A DNA stretch of 64,000 bases from NCBI GenBank assembly GCA_963732485.1, contig CAVSZS010000003.1, positions 278,087 through 342,086 of the forward strand. Reading direction: 5' to 3'. Source of the DNA: Candidatus Aminicenantes bacterium (lineage in GTDB: Bacteria > Acidobacteriota > Aminicenantia > UBA2199). Position numbers and translations under genes: made by a program. Positions 1-9,199 of the stretch are shown here, one piece after another. Each line of letters opens with the position of its first letter. Within the stretch, counting starts at the first letter, position 1. The notes beneath the pieces were generated by a model. It saw nothing but the letters and a program-made list of their open reading frames with translations, did not search any database and had not been told where the DNA came from.

Positions 1-243
1 CGTGTCACGGAGCGGAGTTCAAACGGCCAGCGGCGGCCCAACGCCGATCTCCCCAGAATTCTGATCAATACCAGGCGCAAGGCCAGCAGGGGATTTTTCC
101 GGGGACGAACGGGCAGGACGATGACGCTCGCGCACAGTCTGCTGGCTTCGCCGGGCGAGGCCGACCGCAAACCGGTCGGAATGACGAGCAAGGTGACGTC
201 ATACGCCGCAGCGAGGCATTCCAGGTTGCGGAACGCCCTCATG
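1..243 (-). CDS. partial CDS (first 81 codons only; gene continues beyond window start): putative glycosyltransferase N-terminus (GT-B fold)
   Basis: Minus-strand ATG at 241-243 with GGAGG upstream. Translation MRAFRNLECLAAAYDVTLLVIPTGLRSASPG... looks like a GT1/GT4 N-terminal Rossmann start. Truncated by the window edge. Confidence 0.3.
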
Positions 244-301
244 GCCAAACCGCCTCCGGTCGGACACGGCGTGATCGGACTCAAATAAAGGGCCCGCGGT
301 T

Positions 302-2128
302 TCAAGGCCGGATTCCCCCTGCCGCCTTGTTCTGCAAGGCGGTGATCAGGCGCTGCCGGCGGCTCACTTTTTTAAGTTGGACGAGCAGGTACCAGCAGCC
401 ATACAGCAAGATCATGCTGGGAGAACGGAGCAGGAAACGAAGGTGGCGGAAGGCGGAACGGTCATGCAGCTGCAGGCCAAGCTGCATGAGCCGGGCATGG
501 CAGATGAAGCGGTCGTGCCCCTTCACCGCCAAGCGCAAATCGAGCAGCGCGGTCAGGTAGCGGATGGATTCCGCGGCGGCTCCGGGCTGGCGCTGGGCAT
601 TTCCGGAGTGGATGCGGACCAATGAGAGAATACGCGGATGGAAGACGAACCGGCATCCCCGCTGGGCGAGCTCGAGCAGCAAAAGCCTTTCTTCGCCCAT
701 GCACAGGTCCGCTTGGAAGGGGGATTCCCCCAGGCAGGCTCTGCGGAACATGACGGAATTGATGGGAATGGCGAAGCGCAGGATCTCGCGGAAGGGATTC
801 TTTTCCAGGCGCTTGCCGTCAAACAGGTCGATCAGCCAGAATTTGGCCCGGACGGAGGCTTCCGGGCTTTGTTCCGAACGCGTCAGGACGGAGGGCACTG
901 AGGCAAAGCACATGCGGCTGCGGCAGACTACTATATCGGCGCCGGGATGGTCGTCGAGGAAATCCATGTTCAGTTCCAGAGCGCGGGCGTGGAGGAGATC
1001 GTCATCGTCGAGAAAAACCACCAAATCGCCTGTGGCTTTGGCCAGGCCGAAATTTCGAGCCGCGCTTACGCCCATGTTCTTTTTGAGGTGGAAAATGGAG
1101 ATGGATGGGTCCCAGTCGCCGATTTTCGCCATTTCCCTGCGGTTTTCCTCTGTTGAGCCGTCGTCGACGATGATGATTTCCGCCGCCGAGTGGCTTTGCC
1201 GGAGCAGTGAGCGGACGGCCATGCGCAGCAGCACGGGACGGTCGCAAGTGGGGACGATGACCGAGATGCGGGCGCCCGGGCGCCGCCGTAAGGGTTCCGG
1301 CGGCAGGAACTTCCTGGCGATGACATTGTAGGTGGTGTCGATCTCGCGGATGAATTTTTCGCTGATCATGGCGGCATGGAATGCCGAAAAATCGCGCCTA
1401 TTCTCCGACCACCAGAGATGTGCCCACAGGTGCATGCTGTAAATGCCGTGAAAATCACGGTCGCATCCCTGGAGCAACAGGTGGAGCCCGTGCGGCGTCC
1501 AAAGATGCCTGTAGAAACTCCGCGCCGGTTCAATGTGGATCAGTCCCGGATACCGCTGGCTGAGTTCGAACGGCAGCAGGGTCGAATGATTGCTCCATGT
1601 CCCGTTAAAAGCGGGGTGCATGCGCTCCAGCCAAATGCGTCCGAAAGCGGCGTCCTTTTTGGCCATGATCAAGGCGTTGCACAAGGATTGCCGTTTTTCG
1701 CCGGTGTCAGCGCAGACGATATCGCCCTCCTGTCCCAGGACGAAGTCGTGCTTCCAGAGTTCTTCCGGGAACGGCTGGACGAAAAGGGTATCGATATCGG
1801 CATAGACCCCGCCGTACTCGAGCAGTTTTTCCAGGCGGATGAAATCGGACTGGTGGGCGTAGCGGTACTTCCAGCAGGCGCGGTTTTTCAGCCCATAACG
1901 GGAAAAAGATATACGGTGTTTGCTGGCGATGCGCAGGGGGACCACTCTCCGCTTAGCGAGTTCCCAATAGGGCCCATAAGGTTCATGGTGATAAAAAAAG
2001 AGGATGCGATCGGGTTCATGGACCTGGAAACAGCTCTCGATGCAGAGAAAATGGCAGAGGTGGAAGGGTTGCCTCTGCCTTTTCATCCCGTAGATGAAAA
2101 TGAACTGCTTGGGGATCGTCGCGGTCAT
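302..2128 (-). CDS. two-domain glycosyltransferase: N-terminal DXD sugar-binding (GT32-like) domain fused to C-terminal GT2 domain
   Basis: 608-aa ORF. The N-terminal ~250 aa carries the Gly_transf_sug-type region (YADIDTLFVQPF, DXD). The C-terminal part has GT2 hallmarks ISVIVPTCDRP...IIIVDDGSTE...VVFLDDDD. Lies in the same operon as the other glycan genes. Confidence 0.7.
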   Translation of the reverse strand: MTATIPKQFIFIYGMKRQRQPFHLCHFLCIESCFQVHEPDRILFFYHHEPYGPYWELAKRRVVPLRIASKHRISFSRYGLKNRACWKYRYAHQSDFIRLEKLLEYGGVYADIDTLFVQPFPEELWKHDFVLGQEGDIVCADTGEKRQSLCNALIMAKKDAAFGRIWLERMHPAFNGTWSNHSTLLPFELSQRYPGLIHIEPARSFYRHLWTPHGLHLLLQGCDRDFHGIYSMHLWAHLWWSENRRDFSAFHAAMISEKFIREIDTTYNVIARKFLPPEPLRRRPGARISVIVPTCDRPVLLRMAVRSLLRQSHSAAEIIIVDDGSTEENRREMAKIGDWDPSISIFHLKKNMGVSAARNFGLAKATGDLVVFLDDDDLLHARALELNMDFLDDHPGADIVVCRSRMCFASVPSVLTRSEQSPEASVRAKFWLIDLFDGKRLEKNPFREILRFAIPINSVMFRRACLGESPFQADLCMGEERLLLLELAQRGCRFVFHPRILSLVRIHSGNAQRQPGAAAESIRYLTALLDLRLAVKGHDRFICHARLMQLGLQLHDRSAFRHLRFLLRSPSMILLYGCWYLLVQLKKVSRRQRLITALQNKAAGGIRP

Positions 2129-3267
2129 CGATCGACCTTGTTGCAGGCCGTGATCAATTTGCCGGTGATGGCGGTTGGATCGAATCGGGCTGCGATATGG
2201 GCTCCCAGCAATAGCCCCTTGTGACGGGCTTCTTCGCGATGGTCAAACACATGGCGCATCAGTTTCGCGGCGTGATCCAGGTCGGGCTCGGCCCAGCGCT
2301 GCTCGGCGGTGTAAGAAGGCCAGCCGTTCGGGTCATTCACCGCTGTCAATTGGAAATCGACCAGGTAGGCCAGCTCCGGGGGGAGGTAGTCCAACTGCCC
2401 GCCGTACCCGGTGATGATCACCGGCTTGGCCGCGGCCGCCGCCTGGAACGCCCCCAGACCCCAGCCTTCGGAATGGCAGAGCGAAACGAAGCAGTCGCCC
2501 CGTGCCTGCACTGCGGCCAGGTTGGCGGCATCGAACTCGCGGTCCAACAGCAGCACTGGTGCCAGGCCTTTTTTCCCACGCCCGAGCCGCCGCAAGGCGG
2601 CCCGGCTGCTTGCGCCCCGTCTGCATATGCCTGTTGCCGTAAGATCACGGCGGCTGGTCTTGATCACGAGCCGTACAGGTTCATTTGCCCGGAACGCCCG
2701 CCAATAACTCTGGATGGTGTACCCAATGGCTTTGCGGTTCGTCCAAGAACCGATGGTATAGAATACGAAGTCATCCGCCGGAAACTCCCAGGGGAACGGT
2801 GGCGGGTTCGTGCCGGGAGGATCGGGGATGTGCGGGACGACATCCATGGGGACGGCTACGCCCGAGCTCTGGAACACTTCCCGGTTCCAGCGGCAAGGGA
2901 CCAGCAGGCGGTCAAGCCGATTGAGCAGCGGCGGCCAGTGAACGGGCAGGCGGTCTGTCTCCCAGACGCAATAGCCGATCATCCGCTTCCCGGGTTCCGC
3001 CCGGAACGAGTTCGGGAAATATTCGGGTGGGACATGCAGGAGTACCGTGTCGTATTCCAGTGGCCGGTTGCAGAGCGGATCGAGCGCCGGGTCGCCTACG
3101 CTTCTTCCACCGCAGGGACGGTGGTGCGGGAAGCGGCGGAATCCCGGCCGCAGCGGCGTCCAGGTGACGGGGAAATCCGCAGCATGCAATCCCAGAAGAT
3201 AATTCCGGGCGGCATTGCCGTATCCGCTCGGGCCGAGGAACGAGATATAGCGGATTCCGCGTGCCAT
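2125..3267 (-). CDS. glycosyltransferase family 1 (GT4-like)
   Basis: ORF 2125..3510 trimmed to the ATG at 3265-3267 (MARGIRYISFLGPSGYG...), 1 nt after the upstream stop. C-terminal GT-B motif EGWGLGAFQAAAAAKPVIITGYGGQLDYL. Paralog of the next gene. Confidence 0.65.
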   Translation of the reverse strand: MARGIRYISFLGPSGYGNAARNYLLGLHAADFPVTWTPLRPGFRRFPHHRPCGGRSVGDPALDPLCNRPLEYDTVLLHVPPEYFPNSFRAEPGKRMIGYCVWETDRLPVHWPPLLNRLDRLLVPCRWNREVFQSSGVAVPMDVVPHIPDPPGTNPPPFPWEFPADDFVFYTIGSWTNRKAIGYTIQSYWRAFRANEPVRLVIKTSRRDLTATGICRRGASSRAALRRLGRGKKGLAPVLLLDREFDAANLAAVQARGDCFVSLCHSEGWGLGAFQAAAAAKPVIITGYGGQLDYLPPELAYLVDFQLTAVNDPNGWPSYTAEQRWAEPDLDHAAKLMRHVFDHREEARHKGLLLGAHIAARFDPTAITGKLITACNKVDR

Positions 3268-3268
3268 T

Positions 3269-4474
3269 TCAATCCGCTTCCAGGACCGCCAGGAGGCGGC
3301 CGATGATTTTATCGGCGGCGTATTCGCTGCGGATCCGGTTCTGCAGGATCTTCGCCTTGGCTCGGGCCGCGACAGGGTCGTTGAAGACCCGGTGCATGGA
3401 TGAGACGGCTTCGGCGAACCGCGGTTCCGCCCAGAGTTGGCTTGGATCGAAAAAGCGGCGGTTGTCGTCGTCCCTGGCCGAAACCAAGTCGCAGCCAACA
3501 AGGTGGGCATGGTCCGGGTCGAGGTAATCCAGCTGCCCGCCCCAGTCCGTGACGATCACCGGATTGCCGAATGATGCGGCGTCAAAGACGCCCATGCCCC
3601 ATCCTTCGCCGTGGGTCAGGGAAAGGTAGCAATCGCCCCGCAGATGCAGGGCTGTGATTTCGTTTTCAGCCAATTCCGCGGTGATCAATTCGATCCGTCC
3701 GCCGTTCGGACGGCGGGCAACGATGCTCCTGAGCTGTCCGTCCGCGTCGGGGCGGAAGGTGACCTGCGGCGGGACGTGCAGGTTATTGCGCAGGCGGACG
3801 TAAAGGCTTTTAAAAAAAACGTGACGGGTCATCCGGGTATGGCGGTAGGCCTGGGGGAATGTCTTGATAACGAACAGGACCGGGTCTTCCCGGCGGAACG
3901 CTTCCAGGTAGCAGCGGATGGCCAGGTCCAGGTTCTTGCGCGCTGTCCAGGTTTCGATGGCATAGAAGACGAAAGGCCGGCCGCCTTGCCGCCGCAGCGG
4001 AGCGCTGGTTGCGGCAGTGGAAGCGATATGGGGGATGACCGTTGTCGGGATCGTGATGCCGCAGCGGACCAGCGTCTCCCGGTTCCAGCGCGATGGCACG
4101 AGCAAGTGGTCGATTCCCTCCAGGCAAGATGGCCAGAAAGACGGGATGCGGTCCGTTTCCCAGGCCGTGTAGCCGAAGATCCGCCGGCCCTTTTCCAAAG
4201 CTGCCCAGCGGGGAAAAAGTTCGGGAGGCGTGTGAATGATTACCGTGTCGTACTCCAGTGGGCGGTTGCAGGACGGGTCCAGCTCGGGGTCACCGATGGC
4301 CCTTCCGGTGAAGGGCTCCAGCCCCAGACCCCAGGAACTCCCCGGGACCATCGGGGTCCAGGTGAAGGGGATGCCGCGCTGGCGCAAGCCAAGCATGTAG
4401 CGCTTGGCGGCGGCAAAGAAGCCAAGCGCCCCATATAGGGAGATGTACTTGATGCCCCTGAGCACATCAGCCAC
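3269..4474 (-). CDS. glycosyltransferase family 1 (tandem paralog of 2125..3267)
   Basis: 401 aa: MADVLRGIKYISLYGALGFF ... EGWGMGVFDAASFGNPVIVTDWGGQLDYLDPD. Collinear similarity to its neighbour indicates tandem duplication. Confidence 0.65.
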   Translation of the reverse strand: MADVLRGIKYISLYGALGFFAAAKRYMLGLRQRGIPFTWTPMVPGSSWGLGLEPFTGRAIGDPELDPSCNRPLEYDTVIIHTPPELFPRWAALEKGRRIFGYTAWETDRIPSFWPSCLEGIDHLLVPSRWNRETLVRCGITIPTTVIPHIASTAATSAPLRRQGGRPFVFYAIETWTARKNLDLAIRCYLEAFRREDPVLFVIKTFPQAYRHTRMTRHVFFKSLYVRLRNNLHVPPQVTFRPDADGQLRSIVARRPNGGRIELITAELAENEITALHLRGDCYLSLTHGEGWGMGVFDAASFGNPVIVTDWGGQLDYLDPDHAHLVGCDLVSARDDDNRRFFDPSQLWAEPRFAEAVSSMHRVFNDPVAARAKAKILQNRIRSEYAADKIIGRLLAVLEAD

Positions 4475-6281
4475 GGATCGCTCCGTCCAGTTTGAAGACC
4501 CGCTCGACCCCCCGCAGGATGCCCGGCTTATGGGAGACGATGATGGTCGTGCACCGTCCCGACAACTCGCCGAGAATGTCGGCCAGGACCGCTTCCGCCT
4601 CGCGGTCCAGGTTGGCCGATGCCTCGTCCAGGATCAACAGCGCCGGGCGTCGTAAGAAAGCCCTTGCCAGCGCCAACCTTTGCTTTTCCCCAGAGGAGAG
4701 CCCTTCCTCATTCTCCTGGATCAGATAATCGCAGCCGCCGGGCAGGCCGCTGACCAATTTCTCCAGGCGAACCAGGCGCAAGGCGTCCCAAATCTCCGAC
4801 TCGCTGGCCTGCCGTGCCGCTCCATAGAGCATGTTATCTCGTATCGATCCCTGAATCAGAAAATGGTCTTCGCTGACATAGCCGACTGTGATGTCGCGGC
4901 GGCCGATGACGCCGCCGGGGACGCCGTCGATGAGGATCTCCCCGCCGCCGGGCGTCAGTATCCCCAGGATCAGTCCCAGCAGCGTGCTTTTTCCGCACCC
5001 GTTCGCCCCGGTAATGCCGAAGCGGGCGCCTGGCGGGATGCTCAAGGAAAGATTGTCGATGACCGGTTGCGTCTGCTCCGGCCAGGAGAATGTCAGGCGT
5101 TCCAGGACGATTCCCGGCGGCCGCCGCGCCATGGCCGGGGGCGGTCCGTCCGGCAGCATGGGCATGCCCGATGTAGTCGCGCTGCCTCGTTTCGCTTCAA
5201 ACAGGCTGAAACGCTTTTCGGGTCTGACCGCAACGGCCAACTCTTCCGCCGGCATGCCGTTGAAAATACGCACAGCCATGTCGAACTGCGGTCGATATAG
5301 GCTCAGCAGGCCGATCTTCTCAAAGATCGGCATCAGGTTGCGTGAAAATGCCTGGAAGAGGTAGACGAAGCCCACGAGTTCCACCGCCGGAGTATGGAAA
5401 TAGCCCATATTCATGCCCACGATCAATGCCAGGCAAAGGATGCCGAAGAATGGCGGCATGACGACGGCCAGGTTGCGATAATAAAAAGTCCGCTTGCTGT
5501 GGCGGAAATAGCTCAGGCTGGAATCGACGAAACTCCGGTATTCCCGGTCCTCGATGCGCATGACGCGGATGAGGAACCAATTGCGGCAGATGCGGATCAG
5601 TGAGCGCTCCAGCACGATCCGCTCCCGGGGAACGTGCGCCGCTTCGCGCTTGATGGCGCGGTTCACCTTGTGCAGCAGCAGGCTGAAACCGCCCAGGCAG
5701 CCGATGCCCAGCAGGGTTTCCTTCCAGGCCAGGAACAGCATGCCCAGCAGGAGAAGGAAGGACAAGCAAAGGTTGGACGCCAGTTCGACGGCGCAATAAA
5801 CGTAATCGGAAGCCTTGGGGATGTACTCATTCATGACCATGTTGATCTGGCTCTGCGATACCGGGTGCTCGCCTTTCCAGAGCAGCATGCGGTACCCCTG
5901 GACGATCTTCAAGCGGCCGCGCACCAATTCCAGCATGGCGTGCAGGGCATGGCGCGAGGACAACTGGAACAGGGCCCGGAATCCGCCGACCGCAACCAGG
6001 ATGAAGAGAACCGTCACCGGGCTGGTGGTGCGGATGTCCATGATGACCCAGCGCGGGAACTTGGCGGCCGGTACCAGCTTCAGCAGGTTCAGGAACAGGA
6101 TCAGGATCAGTGTGAGCATGTATTCGCTCGCGGCCAGGAAAAAAGTGGACCCCAAGCCGATCCCGGCCCAGGCCACCCCCTTGCCGGCCAGCAGCCGGAG
6201 TACGTTGCGTATCCCGGCGGCCATCCCGGCGCCATGGTCCCCGGAAGGCGGATGGGCGCGACTGCATGGCCTTTTTTTCAT
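4467..6281 (-). CDS. ABC exporter, fused permease + ATP-binding half-transporter (MsbA/type-I exporter class)
   Basis: 604 aa. N-terminal multi-TM domain. C-terminal NBD with Walker A GANGCGKST, signature LSSGEKQRLALARAF and Walker B LLILDEAS. Start overlaps the Stealth gene stop (ATGA). Confidence 0.8.
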   Translation of the reverse strand: MKKRPCSRAHPPSGDHGAGMAAGIRNVLRLLAGKGVAWAGIGLGSTFFLAASEYMLTLILILFLNLLKLVPAAKFPRWVIMDIRTTSPVTVLFILVAVGGFRALFQLSSRHALHAMLELVRGRLKIVQGYRMLLWKGEHPVSQSQINMVMNEYIPKASDYVYCAVELASNLCLSFLLLLGMLFLAWKETLLGIGCLGGFSLLLHKVNRAIKREAAHVPRERIVLERSLIRICRNWFLIRVMRIEDREYRSFVDSSLSYFRHSKRTFYYRNLAVVMPPFFGILCLALIVGMNMGYFHTPAVELVGFVYLFQAFSRNLMPIFEKIGLLSLYRPQFDMAVRIFNGMPAEELAVAVRPEKRFSLFEAKRGSATTSGMPMLPDGPPPAMARRPPGIVLERLTFSWPEQTQPVIDNLSLSIPPGARFGITGANGCGKSTLLGLILGILTPGGGEILIDGVPGGVIGRRDITVGYVSEDHFLIQGSIRDNMLYGAARQASESEIWDALRLVRLEKLVSGLPGGCDYLIQENEEGLSSGEKQRLALARAFLRRPALLILDEASANLDREAEAVLADILGELSGRCTTIIVSHKPGILRGVERVFKLDGAIRG

Positions 6282-7336
6282 GAACGTCTTGCCTGTTTTT
6301 CGAAGCGAACCGGGTCGGGGAAAAACTCCTGCAGGAAGTCGTGCAGACGGTGCAGTAGCGGATGGTCGGCCGGTGCCTCCTCCAGGTCGTCATTGATGCA
6401 GAAGAATTTCGGCCTCAGACGGCCTATGCGGGTCAGCTTTTCGTTGACGCGTGGGAGGTCGTCCTCCAGCATCAGAAAAAAGTTGTCTTCGGATTCCCAA
6501 TCCAGCGCCACGGCCGACACGCGGCCGGCATAGCGGTCCGATTCCAGCAGTGAGTAGAAATAGGCCAGCCGCAGGACCAGGTCGTCATGGGATCGGAAGC
6601 GGTGGCTCCGGGTCGCGCGGAATTCGTCGGCGAGCAGAAACTCCAAATCCGCAAGCATTTCACGGTCATAAAGTTGCGGCGTGTGGGCTGGAAGCTTCCG
6701 CTGCGGCCGGCGGTGCAGGCAGCGGTCCTTCCAGGTGCAACGATACGCCGGCGACGCCTTTTTCCGCCTCGGCCGCCATAAACCGTCCAGCACCCTGACG
6801 GTGTGCAGGTAGGCTCGGTCGTGGACGGGGCCACGGGCAAAATGGCGGTTGACGGTGGTCGGCTCCACGAAAAAGCGGTATCCGCCGTCCTCGGGGAGAA
6901 AATCTTCACGCCGCGTTGCCCGGCCCAGGTACACATCGTCGTTCATATAAAGGAAACGGCGGGACAGGCCGGGGATGCGGTGCAGATTGAGCTCGATGGC
7001 GCAGGAATTGAATGTGGGCAGGCAGGAAGGGTCGGGAAAGACCGTTTCATGAAAGACCAGGCGGATGCGCCGGTCGTGACGGTTCAACCATTTCGGCGCC
7101 TGGCCGTTGGTGACGATGTGGATGTTCCCGGTCCAGGGAGCGAAAGATTCCAGCGAGCGCAGCGAATAGCGCAATTCATCGTTGTCGCGGAAACGATGGT
7201 CGCCGGTGGCTTCACCGGTCACTATGCCGCCATGACGGGCGGCGTGAAAGGCGAGTTGCCGCTGAAAACAGGGGTCGGCGCCGTCCACCCAAAGATAGAC
7301 CACATCGATTTTTTCCGTGTCGGAGCGTGCGTCCAT
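6278..7336 (-). CDS. Stealth-family sugar-1-phosphotransferase (capsule/EPS phosphotransferase)
   Basis: Stealth conserved regions read directly: CR1 DVVYLWVDGADP, CR2 DNDELRYSLRSLESFAPW, CR3 YMNDDVYLG. The start is either ATG 7334-7336 (1 nt after the methyltransferase stop) or the upstream in-frame ATG at 7420, which would overlap the preceding gene. Confidence 0.8.
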   Translation of the reverse strand: MDARSDTEKIDVVYLWVDGADPCFQRQLAFHAARHGGIVTGEATGDHRFRDNDELRYSLRSLESFAPWTGNIHIVTNGQAPKWLNRHDRRIRLVFHETVFPDPSCLPTFNSCAIELNLHRIPGLSRRFLYMNDDVYLGRATRREDFLPEDGGYRFFVEPTTVNRHFARGPVHDRAYLHTVRVLDGLWRPRRKKASPAYRCTWKDRCLHRRPQRKLPAHTPQLYDREMLADLEFLLADEFRATRSHRFRSHDDLVLRLAYFYSLLESDRYAGRVSAVALDWESEDNFFLMLEDDLPRVNEKLTRIGRLRPKFFCINDDLEEAPADHPLLHRLHDFLQEFFPDPVRFEKQARRS

Positions 7337-7337
7337 C

Positions 7338-8030
7338 TCAATTGCCACGGCGCGTACCCGGATTCCCGGCAGCGACGCGCTCGAAGAACGAGATGCGGAA
7401 AGGGCGTTCGGGATCGCCATGCAGCTTGGTCCCGAGCAGTCGCAGCCGGATGTCTTCCTGCAGAAAAGCGTCCCAGTCCTGCTCGAGCCGGAACCCCCCC
7501 CAGACGAGTGCCAGAGTGCCGCCGTCGGCCAGCAGCGCTGTCAACTTGTTTCGCACGGCCAAGCGCATGCGCAGCGGCCGCCAAAAGAAATAAAGGATCT
7601 CGGCGGCGATGATCAGGTCGTATGAACCTTTTTCCCGCAGGCGGAGGAAGTCGATGTGACGGATGCTCACCTGGCCAAGATGACCGCAGCGGCGGGAAGC
7701 CAGAGCCGCGGCCTTTTCAGAAATATCCACGCCGGTCACCTGTTTCCCCCGCCGGGCCAACATTTCGGTGAAGACGCCGATGCTGCAGCCGATCTCGAGA
7801 ATATGGTCATAGGAAGGTCGTGGCAGTTCGGCAAGGAGGGCGTTGTATTTCCTTTTTTCGTACGGACTGGATTCGTAGTTCCATGGATCGCGGTGGCGAT
7901 AAACGTGGGCGAAATAGGATTGTCCGAACTCTCGCAGCCCCAGGCGGCGGCAGAACGATCCCCAGATGCCAAGCGCCGCGGCACGGAACCCGATTTCGCC
8001 CCGGCCCAGCCGGCGCAGATTCAGGAGCAT
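7338..8030 (-). CDS. class I SAM-dependent methyltransferase
   Basis: 230 aa. Motif I ILEIGCSIGVFT, then VTGVDIS and the acidic post-II/III region DLIIAAEILYF. NodS/TPMT-like fold. Confidence 0.65.
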   Translation of the reverse strand: MLLNLRRLGRGEIGFRAAALGIWGSFCRRLGLREFGQSYFAHVYRHRDPWNYESSPYEKRKYNALLAELPRPSYDHILEIGCSIGVFTEMLARRGKQVTGVDISEKAAALASRRCGHLGQVSIRHIDFLRLREKGSYDLIIAAEILYFFWRPLRMRLAVRNKLTALLADGGTLALVWGGFRLEQDWDAFLQEDIRLRLLGTKLHGDPERPFRISFFERVAAGNPGTRRGN

Positions 8031-8935
8031 GAGTGCGCCTCGCTGCCCGAACCCTGCGCCGGCGTTTTTTCAGGCATCGTCCAGCCGCGCCAGCGCAAGG
8101 CGTTGACCCCGACATGAAGATGTTTTTTAACTTGCATGCTGTCGTCGCTCATGGCTGCCAAGTGGTCGAGCGGGGCAGCCGCGAAAACTTCGACCGCGCG
8201 GCAGGCGCGGCCAAGCAGGACCCCCTGGCAACACTGCACGTGCAGGGCGAGGTCGAAGATGAATTGCGATTGCGTGCGGTAACCCCTGAGCAGCGCCCGC
8301 TTGGAATCAAGAAAATTGCTGATATCCAGTACCATGTCGATCTCCTCCAGGGGGATCGGTGCGCGGAGCTGGAAAAAATAGGGGGCGATGCCGTCGGCCT
8401 TTGACAGCAGCAGGGCTTTGGCGGCCAGGAAAGCCGTGGTCCTGTGATCGGGATGGGGATCGCGCGGGTAAGGCATCAGCAGGAGCTCGGGCTTCTCTTT
8501 GTCCAGGATCGCCACAATTTTTTCGATCAGGACCGGATTTTCCCGCAAACGGCCGTCGGGTTGGTTAAAGAAGTAGGTCTGTCGGATGCCGAGGGCGCTT
8601 CCGGCCGCCTTGGTTTCGCGCAGGCGCGAGGAAATGTAGGCGAGCCGCTCGATGCCGGTGCGGTCGGCGGAACTGTCGGTCAAGTAAATGCAGGTGATCC
8701 GGGCGCCCAGACGATGATAGTGCGCTATCAGGCCAGCGCAGCCGATGATCTCGTCGTCCATATGCGGGACCAGCAGTACGATCCTTTGCCGGGACGGCAC
8801 GCCCTGCTGAAAGGGTTTGTTTTGCACCAGCGCCTGATAGCGCTGGCTTTGCCAGTAACATATCGTCCGGTTGATCCCTTTCAATATCTGCAATGCGGAG
8901 TGATGCAGCGGACCGTTTAGTAACTGGTCAACCAT
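8021..8935 (-). CDS. PIG-L/LmbE family N-acetylglucosaminyl deacetylase
   Basis: LLVPHMDDEIIGCAG (the HxDDE motif of the PIG-L family) and a downstream HPDH metal-binding signature (DPHPDHRTT). First gene of the 8935->302 operon. Confidence 0.7.
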   Translation of the reverse strand: MVDQLLNGPLHHSALQILKGINRTICYWQSQRYQALVQNKPFQQGVPSRQRIVLLVPHMDDEIIGCAGLIAHYHRLGARITCIYLTDSSADRTGIERLAYISSRLRETKAAGSALGIRQTYFFNQPDGRLRENPVLIEKIVAILDKEKPELLLMPYPRDPHPDHRTTAFLAAKALLLSKADGIAPYFFQLRAPIPLEEIDMVLDISNFLDSKRALLRGYRTQSQFIFDLALHVQCCQGVLLGRACRAVEVFAAAPLDHLAAMSDDSMQVKKHLHVGVNALRWRGWTMPEKTPAQGSGSEAHSCS

Positions 8936-9084
8936 GGGTCATGCACAATACCGATTTTTCGGTTTTTCATGAAGGCGCTTGGGGGAAAAAATAAAATACG
9001 GTTTCGGTCCATGCAAAAAGGATTTTAGAAAGTATTGACGAAAATTGCAAGATGCGCGTCGCCCGGCGCAGGCCTAGCGCCTTA

Positions 9085-9195
9085 GCTTTACTTTTGCCTT
9101 TTGCCTTCGTTTCTTCAATCGCCGTAAATTCTGGTGCTCTTCTCTAACTTTTGTCTTTTCTTGCCGTACACCGTCTAGCGTGTACCGTCTACGCT
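9085..9195. repeat. intergenic heptamer-repeat element, copy a (CTTTACTTTTGCCTTTTGCC ... CTTTTCTTGCCGTACACCGTCTAGCGTGTACCGTCTACG)
   Basis: Shares the CTTTTGCC heptad run and the CTTGCCGT(A/C)..ACCGTCTACCG core with the elements at 52968-53046 and 57148-57220. Contains the small palindrome GTACAC-N8-GTGTAC. Lies between the atpK stop and the glycan operon start. Confidence 0.5.
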
Positions 9196-9199
9196 CGCC

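Noticed and set aside
2125-3510. Long N-terminal extensions of several ORFs: 2125..3510, 9635..11884, 12072..13517, 21060..22856, 24556..25896, 29635..31446, 32347..33552
   Set aside because: The extensions are low-complexity Arg/Pro/Gly stretches overlapping the upstream gene. Internal ATGs that coincide with ATGA-type junctions or signal peptides give family-typical N-termini, so the shorter models were used.
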